A stretch of 64,000 nucleotides of DNA, from the NCBI GenBank assembly GCA_963790305.1, contig CAWBOC010000007.1, positions 160,001 through 224,000 of the forward strand, in the 5' to 3' direction. The first letter of the stretch is position 1. Each line of letters begins with the position of its first letter. Below the pieces are notes generated by a model. That model ran no database searches and was not told where the DNA came from. It saw only the letters and a list, made by a program, of their open reading frames with translations. Shown piece after piece: positions 1 through 9,941 of this stretch. The DNA is from an uncultured Gemmatimonadaceae bacterium (GTDB taxonomy: Bacteria; Gemmatimonadota; Gemmatimonadetes; Gemmatimonadales; Gemmatimonadaceae). The position numbers and the translations under genes were made by a program.

Positions 1-677
1 GTGCGCGGGCCCATCTGCTGCACCGAGCCAAACATCGCCCCCCCTGCCTGGCCGGCCTTCAGCCGCTGCTCCCACGCCTTCACGGAGGACTCGAAGGTGC
101 CGAGCGCGGGGTGCAGCTCGCGCGTCCCCTTGCTCCCCATCTGATGGCAGCCCAGGCAGGAGTTGTTCTTCACCAGCCGGACGAACTCTGCCTGGGTCCT
201 GAAGTTCGGGTTGAGCCCATTCCCCTCGGGGCCGGTGCCGGGGAATTCGCTTTCAGCTGGGACTCGCATCAGCGAGTACCAGTACCCGGCCGGGTAAAAC
301 TCCGCCGCGGCGCGCGGATTCGGCGCCGCGGTCGCGCGCAGATTCAGCGTCGTCCCGCGCTCCACCCGCTGCTTCGGCGAGTCGACCAGCCCGTACCCGC
401 GCACCCAGACGTCGTACCTCGCCTCCGGGAGGTCGGGAACGAGGTAGCGCCCGTGATCGTCGGTCACGACGATTTTGGCGAACTTCGTCGGGAGGTCGGA
501 GGTCTCGGCGATCACCCACACCCCGGCCTCGGGGCCGCTTGCCCCCGTCACCACCCCAGCGATGTCGTCGCGATCGATCGGCGTCCCGCCGCGGGCGGTG
601 CGCGCGCTGCAGGCCGCCCAGAGCAGTGCGCAGGTGGCCACCGTCGCAACCGCGAAGAGTGCCTTCGTCACCTTCAT
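1..677 (-). CDS. Exported carboxypeptidase-regulatory-like domain protein with a CxxCH heme c motif (runs off the left edge)
   Basis: Manual translation from ATG 677: MKVTKALFAVATVATCALLWAACS...GPEAGVWVIAETSDLPTKFAKIVVTDDHGRYLVPDLP...NSCLGCHQMG; CxxCH at 144-158; missing from the ORF track because it is truncated. Confidence 0.75.
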   Translation of the reverse strand, partial: MKVTKALFAVATVATCALLWAACSARTARGGTPIDRDDIAGVVTGASGPEAGVWVIAETSDLPTKFAKIVVTDDHGRYLVPDLPEARYDVWVRGYGLVDSPKQRVERGTTLNLRATAAPNPRAAAEFYPAGYWYSLMRVPAESEFPGTGPEGNGLNPNFRTQAEFVRLVKNNSCLGCHQMGSKGTRELHPALGTFESSVKAWEQRLKAGQAGGAMFGSVQQMGPR

Positions 678-751
678 CTGCCAGCTCCGTTGATGGTTCC
701 GCCGGTTACGCCCGATCAGTCTCGCTCCGGCGATGTCGTGCGAAGACGAGT

Positions 752-1824
752 TCAGTTGGGGTGAGGCTGCTGCGCATAATGCTTCCTCAGCAGATCGCCT
801 CCGAAGTCGTTCTCCAGGTCGCGCCACACCGTGTGGATGTGGTTCGCGCTGCCCTGTGAGTTGTCGTACTCGACCAGTACGGTAGGCCCGTGGATGCGGT
901 AGTAGTGCGGGGTGCCGGGCTGGTGCGAGCCAGCCCAGGCGAAGTGGAGGCGCTCGAACCCGGCATCGTCGATACGCTGCAGTTGCCTATGTGCCGACGA
1001 GTCAGCCATCCGTCCGGCGTACAATTCGAGCAGCCGGCGCAGCTGCCGCTGCTGGGCGGTCGTCATCTCGGCCGCGGGCAGGCCGGCGAAGGTCATAGGT
1101 GTCACCGTCGGATCGTGCCCGTGACAATGTCCCCGAATGTCTGCGCGGCGATGCTGGCGCGGGCGCGTTGCTGAGGATCGAGCATCTGTAGCAGCTCGAA
1201 GGCGAGGTCCTCTTCCCCAGCGAGCAGTCGATGCCCTTCCTTGGGGCCGCTGGGGACGCGCGCCGGGTTGGCACCCATGAAGAGCGGTGCGACGATCTGT
1301 CCGTGAGGGCCGAGCTCCGTGACGTTCACGGAGAGGTGATGGCCCTCGAAGCGCCAGCCCCAGGGCTGCGTAGCGCCCGGCCCGACGAAGAGTGCGAAGT
1401 AGTAGAGCTCCGGATCGCGCCGAAGCATTACGCGACTCAACAGTCCTTCGAGTTCGCCGAGCGTGCCTTCGAGCTCGATGATGCCGCGCGCGAGCCCGGT
1501 GCCACGCTTACTCAAACCGGTGCCAAGCAGTCCGAACGCTGCTGCACGTTGTTCGGCCTCCATCGCCTTCAGAGGAATGCCGGCGCGCTTCTGCGGCACG
1601 TACGCCCACTTGGTGCGCTCCGGATCGTCGAAGGGAAACGAGGCGGCGGCCCGCTTCGAAGCGTTCAGCGTCGACAGAAACGTTCGTGCGGTCACGGGCA
1701 ATGCCGATGTGTCGAGGCCGCGTGCTCGGTCCGCGTTCCGGGGCGGTTGGGCACCGCAGCCAAGAAGCGCCACGGAGAGGATGGCGGGGAGCAAGCATGC
1801 CAATCTGAGTTGGATGCCCGTCAC
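752..1824 (-). pseudogene. DUF3500-family lipoprotein, frameshifted near 1115 (probably a sequence error)
   Basis: N-half has WGWRFEGHHLSVN, C-half has HYYRIHGPTVLVEYDN...NHIHTVWRD; one added base (GGC AAC GAT) joins them as DIVTGNDPTVTPM. Confidence 0.75.
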
Positions 1825-3107
1825 TCGCAGCTCACTGCCGGCTGGAAGACCTGGTTGAGCAAGCTGCCGTGGTTGCCGCCGATATGGATGCCGCCACCGG
1901 TGACCCAGATCAGGTCATTTACGAAGGCTGAGCCGTAGACGCCGTGAACGGGGATAGGCATGTCGCCCAGGCGTGACCATTGATCGGTCCGACGATCGTA
2001 GTAGTCATGGTCGGCGAACATGCCGGCCGGCCCCTCGCCGCCCCAGACGTGGAAGCAGCCCCGGGCCATGACCCCGTTCATGCCGCTGCGGGCGCGCAGC
2101 ATGGGGGCTGCGGTGGTCCAGGTCCGCGTCTGTGGGTCGAAGACCTCATGCGCGGTCGTCATCTGGGGCGACAATCCATGGCCGAGACGCCCTCCGACGA
2201 CGTGGATGCGGCCGTTGATAGCCGCGCCGGTAAGGTGGTTGCGCTGGGTGGGCAGGTTCGGCAGCACCTCCCAGGTATTGGTCGCAGGGTCGTAGACGGC
2301 GAAGTCGTTTCCGCGCGGCGGACGTCCACCGGCGACGTAGATTTTTCCGTCGAGCACGACGGCCACCCCGGCGCCGCGCGCCGTGGGCATCGGCGCCTTC
2401 GTGACCCATGCACCCGTGGCGGGATCCAGCTCGTAGACGGTGCTCTGGTAGCCCTGATCGGAGACATCCGAGGTCTGGCCGCCGATCAGGTAGATCTTTC
2501 CGTTGACGCTGGCCGCCATCCCGTGGTTGTTAGGCTGCGGGAGCGGCGGTCCGAGCTCCCAGCGGTCGCTCGCGATGTCGTAGATCTGGACCGTACGGGC
2601 GGTCTGCCGACTCGCAGGATAGCCGCCAAGGAGGTAGAGCTTGCCGTTCGACTCGGCGAGCGCCAGCTCGGAGTTCGGTTCGATCAATTCGCCCCGGAGC
2701 GCCCATTCGCCGCTCAGCGTCAGCTCGACGTCGTGGGTGTTGGTCCCCGCACTCAGACTGATGCTCTCCGACCGCGGAGCAAAGTCCGGAGCGCTGGTAA
2801 GTATCGTTGCGCTGCCGACCGGCAGATTCCGAAGCTCGAATCGTCCGTCAGCGCCGGTTGTCGCGGTTGCGCTTCCGATTTTCACCGATGCGCCTGCAAT
2901 GACACCTCCCGTGTCGGCTCCGACGACGCCGGACACGATCGCAGTCGCGGCCGGGTCGCCAGGGTTACTCCCCCCGCACGCGGCCACAGCAATCGGTGCT
3001 GCTAAAGCTATCGTGAGCGCAGAAATCAATGTCGAGACTCGCACGAGGATCGTCGCTCCTGTCCATGCACTCATGTGTCGATGTCCACCCATCTGCAGTA
3101 CATGCAT
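1821..3107 (-). CDS. Kelch-repeat beta-propeller lipoprotein with N-terminal carboxypeptidase-regulatory-like domain
   Basis: Repeated GKxYxxGG...YDP..W Kelch units; AAC lipobox; start may lie further downstream. Confidence 0.8.
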   Translation of the reverse strand: MHVLQMGGHRHMSAWTGATILVRVSTLISALTIALAAPIAVAACGGSNPGDPAATAIVSGVVGADTGGVIAGASVKIGSATATTGADGRFELRNLPVGSATILTSAPDFAPRSESISLSAGTNTHDVELTLSGEWALRGELIEPNSELALAESNGKLYLLGGYPASRQTARTVQIYDIASDRWELGPPLPQPNNHGMAASVNGKIYLIGGQTSDVSDQGYQSTVYELDPATGAWVTKAPMPTARGAGVAVVLDGKIYVAGGRPPRGNDFAVYDPATNTWEVLPNLPTQRNHLTGAAINGRIHVVGGRLGHGLSPQMTTAHEVFDPQTRTWTTAAPMLRARSGMNGVMARGCFHVWGGEGPAGMFADHDYYDRRTDQWSRLGDMPIPVHGVYGSAFVNDLIWVTGGGIHIGGNHGSLLNQVFQPAVSCE

Positions 3108-3119
3108 AACGATTCCCTT

Positions 3120-4064
3120 CTACCGGGGGTCGAGACCGACCTGTTCGTGCAGCCAGTCATGCCTATCGAACAAGGCCTGTTGATTGAGTCCGTGTCCCGC
3201 GGCATACCAGCGGATCGTCGTTAGGTCCGGCGCGGCTGCGTGCAACGCCTGCGCATCGGCCTCGGGTACCAGGTTGTCCAACTGTCCGTTCTGCAGCAAC
3301 AACGCAGTGGGCGACGCGTGGGGAATGAATCGAATCGGCTCTATCGGTGTCATGGCCCCGAGCCAGTCGACACGTGTCGCACAGGACAGACTGGCCATGA
3401 AGTTGGAATCTTCCGGGCCGGTGAAGTGCGAAACGAGGCCGCCGTCTCCTACCACGAGCACCGCGGCCTTGATGCGCCGTTCGACGCCGACGAACAGCGC
3501 ACCCATCGCCCCACCGTAACTGATGCCAAGGTAGGCAAGGCGCTCATCGTCGACGTTGGCCTGTGCGCGCAACACATCGACGGCGCGTTGCAGATCCTTG
3601 ATCAGCTGGATCTGCTCGGCCCGATCCTCAGTGCTGAACCGGACGGCCGGTCCGCTGCGGCGAGCAAACGGGGCATCGATCGCAATCACTACCGCGCCGA
3701 AATCCGCGAGCAGCTGGGCCTGAGTCGCCATGACGCGCGCGTTGCCGGGCATGCCGTGCATCAACACGATGCCGGGGCGCAGACTCGAGCGGGTGACCGG
3801 ATCGAACAGCAGTCCGGTGACACGTCCGCCGTCGGGACTGTTGAAGGAGATGCCGCTGACCTCCACGCCATTGCTCGTGGATTCCACCGCCTTTTGCAGG
3901 TTCAGTGGCGCATTGACGTCATAGGCGAACAGGTCTCGCTCTGGCGCGGTCGCCACGCCGAACTCCGGGCGTGCGACCGCACAGGAATCGACGGCGGGCA
4001 CCCCGGCCGTGGGCCCTGCGCAGGCGGACACGAACACGGCGGCAAGCGCTACTGTCGGCTTCAT
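3120..4064 (-). CDS. Alpha/beta hydrolase (esterase) lipoprotein
   Basis: GISYGG nucleophile elbow, D..VP and GH motifs; ATG 4064 preceded by GGAG; VSAC lipobox. Confidence 0.8.
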   Translation of the reverse strand: MKPTVALAAVFVSACAGPTAGVPAVDSCAVARPEFGVATAPERDLFAYDVNAPLNLQKAVESTSNGVEVSGISFNSPDGGRVTGLLFDPVTRSSLRPGIVLMHGMPGNARVMATQAQLLADFGAVVIAIDAPFARRSGPAVRFSTEDRAEQIQLIKDLQRAVDVLRAQANVDDERLAYLGISYGGAMGALFVGVERRIKAAVLVVGDGGLVSHFTGPEDSNFMASLSCATRVDWLGAMTPIEPIRFIPHASPTALLLQNGQLDNLVPEADAQALHAAAPDLTTIRWYAAGHGLNQQALFDRHDWLHEQVGLDPR

Positions 4065-4150
4065 CGACGCTCTCCAGCGAAGTTCATCGATATGTCGTCG
4101 GCCCTCACGCTGTCGTATAACACCCGATGACACACAGATAGCGTCACGTG

Positions 4151-4225
4151 GACGAGTGGGGAGTGGAGAGTGGAGAGTGGGCGCTTCCCCACTCCCCACT
4201 CTCCACTCCCCACTCTCCACTCGCC
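4151..4225. repeat. Heptamer periodic palindrome (NGAGTGG)4-loop-(CCACTCN)5, empty copy
   Basis: Read directly; abuts the stop codon at 4228. Confidence 0.95.
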
Positions 4226-4227
4226 GT

Positions 4228-4917
4228 TCAGTACTTGACTTCGCACCCATACGGCTGTGTTTGCGAGACCGCAATCGGCCGGCCTGCCAGTCCTGAGTCG
4301 AGCGCGGCGCGGACGTAGTTCGTGGCGCCCGCTATGTCCTTGGCGCTCGACGTCTGCCGGTTGTCGATCGCACCGCTGTAGCGAAGCACACCCTGGGGAT
4401 CGATGATCGCGTATTGCGGCGTGTTGCGCGCTCCGTAAAGCCGTCCCAGCACGCCCGCTGTGTCGCGGATAATGGCAGTCGGCGCCGCGCCTTTCTTGCG
4501 AGCCATGTCGTCGGCCTTCTCCGCTGACGCGTACCCCTGTCTTCCCGGACCCGACGATACGACCGAGAGCCAGATTACCCCGCGCTTCGTGTACTCCTGC
4601 TGCATCGCCTGCGAGTTCCCGATTCCGTTCACAAGGGCGTAGTGCTTCTTGGTGTACGGGCATCCGTGGTTGAACCACTCGAGGACGACCCATTTGCCGG
4701 CGTAGTCGGCGAGCGAGTGCGATCTGCCGCGTGTATCGGCGGCCGTGAATGCCGGCGCGGGGCCGCCGACCGCCAAGAGCTCCGGCAGGCTCTCCGGGTC
4801 CGCGCTGGCGGCGATCCGGCGTGCGGCGACGGCGCCGACGAGCAACAGTGCAACGACGACAATGGCGAAGATGCGCAGCTTGCGGGATCGGGGTTTTGGG
4901 GGGGTCGTGTCAGTCAT
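4228..4917 (-). CDS. Redoxin / AhpC-TSA thioredoxin-fold protein
   Basis: VVLEWFNHGCPYTKKHY, YGARNTP, YSGAID, TQPYGCEVKY. Confidence 0.85.
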   Translation of the reverse strand: MTDTTPPKPRSRKLRIFAIVVVALLLVGAVAARRIAASADPESLPELLAVGGPAPAFTAADTRGRSHSLADYAGKWVVLEWFNHGCPYTKKHYALVNGIGNSQAMQQEYTKRGVIWLSVVSSGPGRQGYASAEKADDMARKKGAAPTAIIRDTAGVLGRLYGARNTPQYAIIDPQGVLRYSGAIDNRQTSSAKDIAGATNYVRAALDSGLAGRPIAVSQTQPYGCEVKY

Positions 4918-7181
4918 TGGGTTGTCTCTACGGAGGGTGACGATTCGATCCGGTCGCTCTTCGACGCGGCCAATGTTCGGACTCCGGACGGCAATGCCGC
5001 CGCGCGTTCGAGCGCGCCGATCACGATGCCGGAGGTAAGCAGTGTGGGCAGGATGATGGGCGCAGCATCTCGCGCTCGAGGGTAGATGACGACGAAGGGC
5101 ACACTGGTGCGCCCGAATGCGGCGAGCGCGCGCGTGACGACGGAGTCGCGGGTGGTCCAGTCGGCGCGCAGCAGCGCGACGTCGTGATCACGAAGTGCCG
5201 TGCGAACTGCTTTCAATGCGAAGGCGACGCGCTCGTTGACTTTGCACGTTAGGCACCAGTCCGCCGTAAAGTCGAGCAGGACGATCCGATTAGTGTCGCG
5301 CTGTGCGGCCAGCAGCTCCGCGCTGTACGGCCTCCATCCCAGCGCATCCTCGCCCGTGCCTGGCGACGTCTCCCTCCCCAACTGCACGACCCCCTGGTCC
5401 GATGCACTGTGCGCGCTCGCATTCGAAACGAGCGCAAGCGCGCCGACGGCCGACGCGAGCGCGAACAGTCGTGCGAGCCGACGGCGCCCCGTCGGCTCCG
5501 CGATGGTGCCGAACCGGCCGAGCGCCCATAGCCCGAATGCGAGCAGGGTGCACGCGGCGAGCAGGGCGACCAGCGCGCTCACGCCGGCCTGCCGGCCGAG
5601 CACCCAGGCAAGCCACACGACGGTTGCGAAGAGCGGGAAGGCAAGCACCTGGCGGAGCGTGACCATCCAGGCGCCCGGCTTCGGCAACCATGCACGCAGG
5701 CGTGGGACTGCTGCGACCAGTGCAAGCGGCCAGATAAGGCCGAGCCCCAGCGCGGTGAACACGACGAACGACTCGACCGCTCCTGTCGTGACCGCGTATG
5801 CGACCGCCGCCGCGAGGAATGGGGCGGAGCATGGCGTCGCCAGTGCAGTGACGAGCACGCCGCCCATGAATGCATCGACGCTGCGCGGTGCACGGCTCGC
5901 CGCGGTAGAGAGACTCCCCCCGACAGGCACGAGGTCGAACACGCCAGCCATGTTGAGTCCCGCCGCGAAGATGAGCAGTGCGAGCGCGCCCACGACTGTG
6001 GGACTCTGCAGCTGGTAGCCCCATCCGACTTGGGTGCCCGCCGCGCGGAGGGCGAGCAGCACACTCACGAGCACCCACATCGACACGAGCACGCCGCTCG
6101 CGAACAACAGCACGTGCTGCCGCGCTGCCCGCTCGTCGTGTGCGGCCGCCTGCGCAATCCCGAACGTCTTGATCGAGAGCACCGGCAGCACGCATGGCAT
6201 CAGGTTCAGAAGCGTCCCGCCGAGCAGGGCGAACAACGCAGCCGTCAGCAGCGCCCCCACGGAGATCGGGCTCGAGTCCACCGCGCTCAGACCAACCGCG
6301 CTGCGAGCGTCACCTAACGACGGTGCCACCGGTGCGACGATCTCGACTGCGCGATTCGCGCGAGCGCCGATGCTATCAGCGTTCCCGAAGACGACGACAC
6401 CCGACACACGACCGGGTGCGCCGTTCGCGTACTCGGACCGCCGGATGCGCAGCTCGACGAGCGAGTCGACCCAGCGGGCGCGGACCGGCGCGCCGTGATC
6501 GATCACGCCAGCACTGTCCACGAAGAAGTCGATCGCCGCGGTCCGGCTCGGCCGTGCTTCGGACGGCGGGCGCGCGTACAGGATAACGTCCGACGAGTCG
6601 ACTGCCGCGATCGTCGTCCAACCATCCTGGGGCCATGGCGTGCGCTGCCGTTCGGCAATGAGGGCGTTCATCACAGTCGAATCGACCGCCGCACGTACGG
6701 CCACCGGGCGGGCGATCGACAGATCGACGTCGTCCGCGATGCACTCCTCTGCGCAAACGACCCACGTGATTCGGCCCGCGATGCGAGCTGTCGACCCGAC
6801 CCGCGCACTTCGCGGCACCTCGATGGGCGCGGCGAGAAAGAGCTCACGCTCGTACCCATAGCTCGCGAGCGGCGGGGAAGAAATCCGGTGCGGAGCGGGC
6901 CACCTGAACGACCCCGCCTTCCATCCCGACGGAAGGTCCCACACGACGCTCGGCGCGCTGCCGACATCACCCGCGTAGCGCCAATAGGTATGCCATCCGT
7001 GGTTAGGCTCGAGCCGCACGGCAACCCATGTCGTCTCGCCGGGAACGACAGCACGGGCGGCGCTGACGAGCTCCACTTCGATGGGCCGTGCCTCGGTGGC
7101 AGGTACCATCGATGGGGCCTGCGCGTGCGCGCTTGCCGCGAAGAGGACGAGGAAAGCAGCTCGTCCCGCAGGGGATCTCAT
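4914..7181 (-). CDS. dsbD: Protein-disulfide reductase, DsbD family
   Basis: WHTYW N-domain with CAEEC; TM NLMPCVLP and TPCSAPF; C-terminal thioredoxin WCLTC. Confidence 0.88.
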   Translation of the reverse strand: MRSPAGRAAFLVLFAASAHAQAPSMVPATEARPIEVELVSAARAVVPGETTWVAVRLEPNHGWHTYWRYAGDVGSAPSVVWDLPSGWKAGSFRWPAPHRISSPPLASYGYERELFLAAPIEVPRSARVGSTARIAGRITWVVCAEECIADDVDLSIARPVAVRAAVDSTVMNALIAERQRTPWPQDGWTTIAAVDSSDVILYARPPSEARPSRTAAIDFFVDSAGVIDHGAPVRARWVDSLVELRIRRSEYANGAPGRVSGVVVFGNADSIGARANRAVEIVAPVAPSLGDARSAVGLSAVDSSPISVGALLTAALFALLGGTLLNLMPCVLPVLSIKTFGIAQAAAHDERAARQHVLLFASGVLVSMWVLVSVLLALRAAGTQVGWGYQLQSPTVVGALALLIFAAGLNMAGVFDLVPVGGSLSTAASRAPRSVDAFMGGVLVTALATPCSAPFLAAAVAYAVTTGAVESFVVFTALGLGLIWPLALVAAVPRLRAWLPKPGAWMVTLRQVLAFPLFATVVWLAWVLGRQAGVSALVALLAACTLLAFGLWALGRFGTIAEPTGRRRLARLFALASAVGALALVSNASAHSASDQGVVQLGRETSPGTGEDALGWRPYSAELLAAQRDTNRIVLLDFTADWCLTCKVNERVAFALKAVRTALRDHDVALLRADWTTRDSVVTRALAAFGRTSVPFVVIYPRARDAAPIILPTLLTSGIVIGALERAAALPSGVRTLAASKSDRIESSPSVETTQ

Positions 7182-7303
7182 GTATTTGACAGACAGAAGG
7201 CGCAGCTGTTCACGTGGGACTCAAGCCTAATGCCGAGAGCAGCAAACAGGCGACGACGGAGCCGGTAGGCGGCCTGATTTGGCGACGAGCGGATCGTTCT
7301 GGC

Positions 7304-7373
7304 GACGAGTGGCGAGTGGCGAGTGCCGAGTGGGGAGTGGGGAGTGGGGAGTGGGAGTGGGAGTGGGGAGTGA
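7304..7373. repeat. Heptamer array (NGAGTGG) x10, left arm upstream of the four-helix-bundle gene
   Basis: Read directly; starts GACGAGTGG like the 4151 copy; two units are 6 bp. Confidence 0.95.
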
Positions 7374-7456
7374 TTCGGTACTGGTTGCAAGGCATTGACG
7401 GCAATGCGTGACGAGGGGCGGGCGACTCTACCGCATCAAATCCTTCTGCGGCTACA

Positions 7457-7852
7457 ATGAGAGTCCGGAGCTACCAAGATCTCGTGGTTTGGCAAAGAGC
7501 CGTCGATTTTGTCGCCGAGATTTACCGCATCAGCGCCAGATTTCCGCGTGAAGAGCAGTTCGGACTCACCGCGCAGGTGCGCAGGGCCAGCGTGTCCGTC
7601 TCCGCCAACATTGCAGAAGGCTCCGGTCGGGCAACGAGCCGCGATCTCTTGAACTTCCTAAGCCACGCCCGAGGCTCCTTGAAAGAGGCGGAGTCGATGG
7701 TGTTCGTTGCCCAACGCCTTGGGTTTGTGAGCGCTGCAGATTGCACCGAAGCCTTGCGCCTCGCCGACGAAACGAGCCGCATGCTAGCTCGACTGCGAGT
7801 CGGTATTGCGAGGCGCACTCCCCACTCCCCACTCCGCACTCCCCACTGGTGA
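7457..7852 (+). CDS. Four-helix-bundle protein (23S rRNA intervening-sequence protein / Avd-like fold)
   Basis: SYQDLVVWQRA...FPREEQFGLTAQVRRASVSVSANIAEGSGR...ARGSLKE signature. Confidence 0.9.
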   Translation: MRVRSYQDLVVWQRAVDFVAEIYRISARFPREEQFGLTAQVRRASVSVSANIAEGSGRATSRDLLNFLSHARGSLKEAESMVFVAQRLGFVSAADCTEALRLADETSRMLARLRVGIARRTPHSPLRTPHW

Positions 7853-7872
7853 CGAGTGGGAGTGGGGAGTCA
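7815..7872. repeat. Inverted heptamer arm (CCACTCC) x5 overlapping the gene 3' end, followed by a short GACGAGTGG arm
   Basis: Read directly; encodes the tail TPHSPLRTPHW*. Confidence 0.93.
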
Positions 7873-7931
7873 TCTTGGACAACCCACACACGGTCCTCCG
7901 CGCCTGGAGGCCGATCCTCCGAGGATGAGTA

Positions 7932-9914
7932 ATGAAAGCGTGCATGATGGGCGGTTTCGCGATCCTTCTGCTCTGCGTCGGCGTCGGCCACGCTCAACAA
8001 TCGTCTCAGCTACAGGTCGGAACGCCGGTACGCGCGACGCTGGCAGCGAACGACACGCTCCGATACGTGCTGAACTTGCCGAAGAAGCACTTCGTCGCCG
8101 GCCGAGTTGATCAGGACGGGGTGGACGCGACGGTGACGATCACGGGCCCGGCGGGCAGGCGGGTGCAGCGAGCGGCGCGCGTCGGGCGAGGCGGTCCGGA
8201 GACGTTTGCATTCGCGACGGACACGGCGGGGGGTGGCCGGTACGTGATCGAGGTGGCGCCAGCGACGACCGGGAAAGGGGGCGCCGTGCGCGTGCAGCTC
8301 ACGCGTTCCGGGCCGGTCGCGACCACACCTGAAGGCAAGGTGGACCAGGCCGCCGCACAATTGTACAAAGACACTCCAGGAGCCGTGGTAGGAGTGATCA
8401 AGGGTGGCAAGCTGGCATTCGTGAAGGGATATGGCGCCGCGGATCTGACGTACGGGATGCCCTTCACGGCAGAGACGCCGACGAACATCGGTTCCTCGTC
8501 GAAGCAGTTCACCGGGTTCGCACTCGCCCTGCTGGCATCGCGAGGCAAACTCTCTCTGGACAATGACGTGCGGAAGCACATTCCCGAGCTCAAAGACTTC
8601 GGCAAGAAGATCACCGTGCGTCATCTTCTCTCGCACACCACCGGCTACCGCGAGTTCATCAACACGCTGATCATCGACGGACGTCAGGTGCTGGAGGGGG
8701 ATTACATCGCTCCGGACGAAGCCATCAGGGTGATCAACCGGCAACCGACGCTGCAGAATGAGCCTGGCGCGGAGTTCAACTACAACAACTCGGCGTTCAG
8801 CCTGGCGACCATCGTGGTGGAGCGAGTCACCGGCCGCCCATTCGCGGAGTGGATGCGCGAAGAGGTCTTCCTGCCCCTGGGCATGACGAAGACGTGGGTG
8901 CGCGCGAATCCGGGGCAGATCATACCGAAGCGATCGATTGGCTACATCGCGGGCGACTTCGGTTTTCGCGAGGTGCGCGATCTCCACGGTTCCGCGGGCG
9001 CCGGCGGCATTTATACGACACCGGGCGACGTCGCAAAGTGGATGCACAATTTCAAGACCGGAGAGCTGGGGGGACCGGCGCTCATCAAGGAGATGACGAC
9101 GTCGTTCGTGCTGAACGACGGGAAGCCATCGAACTACGGTTACGGTGTGTTTCTCGACTCGACCCGCGGTGTGCGGCGGTGGCAGCACGGCGGCAACGAT
9201 ATCGCGCACAGTTCCACGTTCGTGTACTACCCCGACCTCGACGCCGGTTACGTCGTGTTCAGCAACTACCAGGGCGTGCCCGGCGGAATCGCGGGTGTCG
9301 TGGCCGACGCCTTCTTTGGTCAGCATATGAGGGCACCCCAACTCGCGAGCGCGACCTCGGGGGGAAGCGTCGACGTGCCTGCTTCTACCCTACGGCGCTA
9401 TGCCGGTAAATACGAGATGACGACACTCGGCGGCATGCTGCTCACTGTGGAACTGCAGGGCCGCGAGCTGCAGCTGCAGGTTCCGGGACAGCCGGCGCTC
9501 CCGCTGCGTCCGACGTCCATGACCTCGTTCGAAGTGGTCGGTGCGCCGGCGCGAATCACCTTCAACACGGCCGCGGACAGCGCAGTGGAGGGGATCACCT
9601 TCCAGCAAGGCGGGGAGCACCCCGGCCGACGCGTCGTAGAGAAACCGCCGGCGGACCTCAGCATCTTCGCTGGTCGCTATTTCAGCGAGGAGCTCGAGAC
9701 GTACTATGACTTGAGCGTCGAGGACGGGAAACTCGTCATCCGGCACCGTCGTTTCGGGCCGGTAACGCTGACGCACACCAGTGGGGATTCCTTCTCCGGA
9801 CCGTTGCCCGTGACGCAGGTCGCCTTCCGCCGCGATGCGGACGGCAATGTCACGGGATTTGACGCCGGCAACGGAAGGGCACGCGGGATCCTGTTCAAGA
9901 AAGTCAGCCGGTAG
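7932..9914 (+). CDS. Secreted serine hydrolase, class C beta-lactamase-like, with extra N- and C-terminal domains
   Basis: SSSK (SxxK), YNN, HGG motifs; LLSHTTG; signal peptide. Confidence 0.85.
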   Translation: MKACMMGGFAILLLCVGVGHAQQSSQLQVGTPVRATLAANDTLRYVLNLPKKHFVAGRVDQDGVDATVTITGPAGRRVQRAARVGRGGPETFAFATDTAGGGRYVIEVAPATTGKGGAVRVQLTRSGPVATTPEGKVDQAAAQLYKDTPGAVVGVIKGGKLAFVKGYGAADLTYGMPFTAETPTNIGSSSKQFTGFALALLASRGKLSLDNDVRKHIPELKDFGKKITVRHLLSHTTGYREFINTLIIDGRQVLEGDYIAPDEAIRVINRQPTLQNEPGAEFNYNNSAFSLATIVVERVTGRPFAEWMREEVFLPLGMTKTWVRANPGQIIPKRSIGYIAGDFGFREVRDLHGSAGAGGIYTTPGDVAKWMHNFKTGELGGPALIKEMTTSFVLNDGKPSNYGYGVFLDSTRGVRRWQHGGNDIAHSSTFVYYPDLDAGYVVFSNYQGVPGGIAGVVADAFFGQHMRAPQLASATSGGSVDVPASTLRRYAGKYEMTTLGGMLLTVELQGRELQLQVPGQPALPLRPTSMTSFEVVGAPARITFNTAADSAVEGITFQQGGEHPGRRVVEKPPADLSIFAGRYFSEELETYYDLSVEDGKLVIRHRRFGPVTLTHTSGDSFSGPLPVTQVAFRRDADGNVTGFDAGNGRARGILFKKVSR

Positions 9915-9941
9915 CGACAGAGAGTGAGGGTGAGCGGGGCG

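Noticed and set aside
7178..7411. Short ORFs with HSPLPTP / EWGVGSG repeats, and VEVVEV ORFs at the 9-mer elements
   Set aside because: These are translations of the DNA repeats, with no independent coding evidence.
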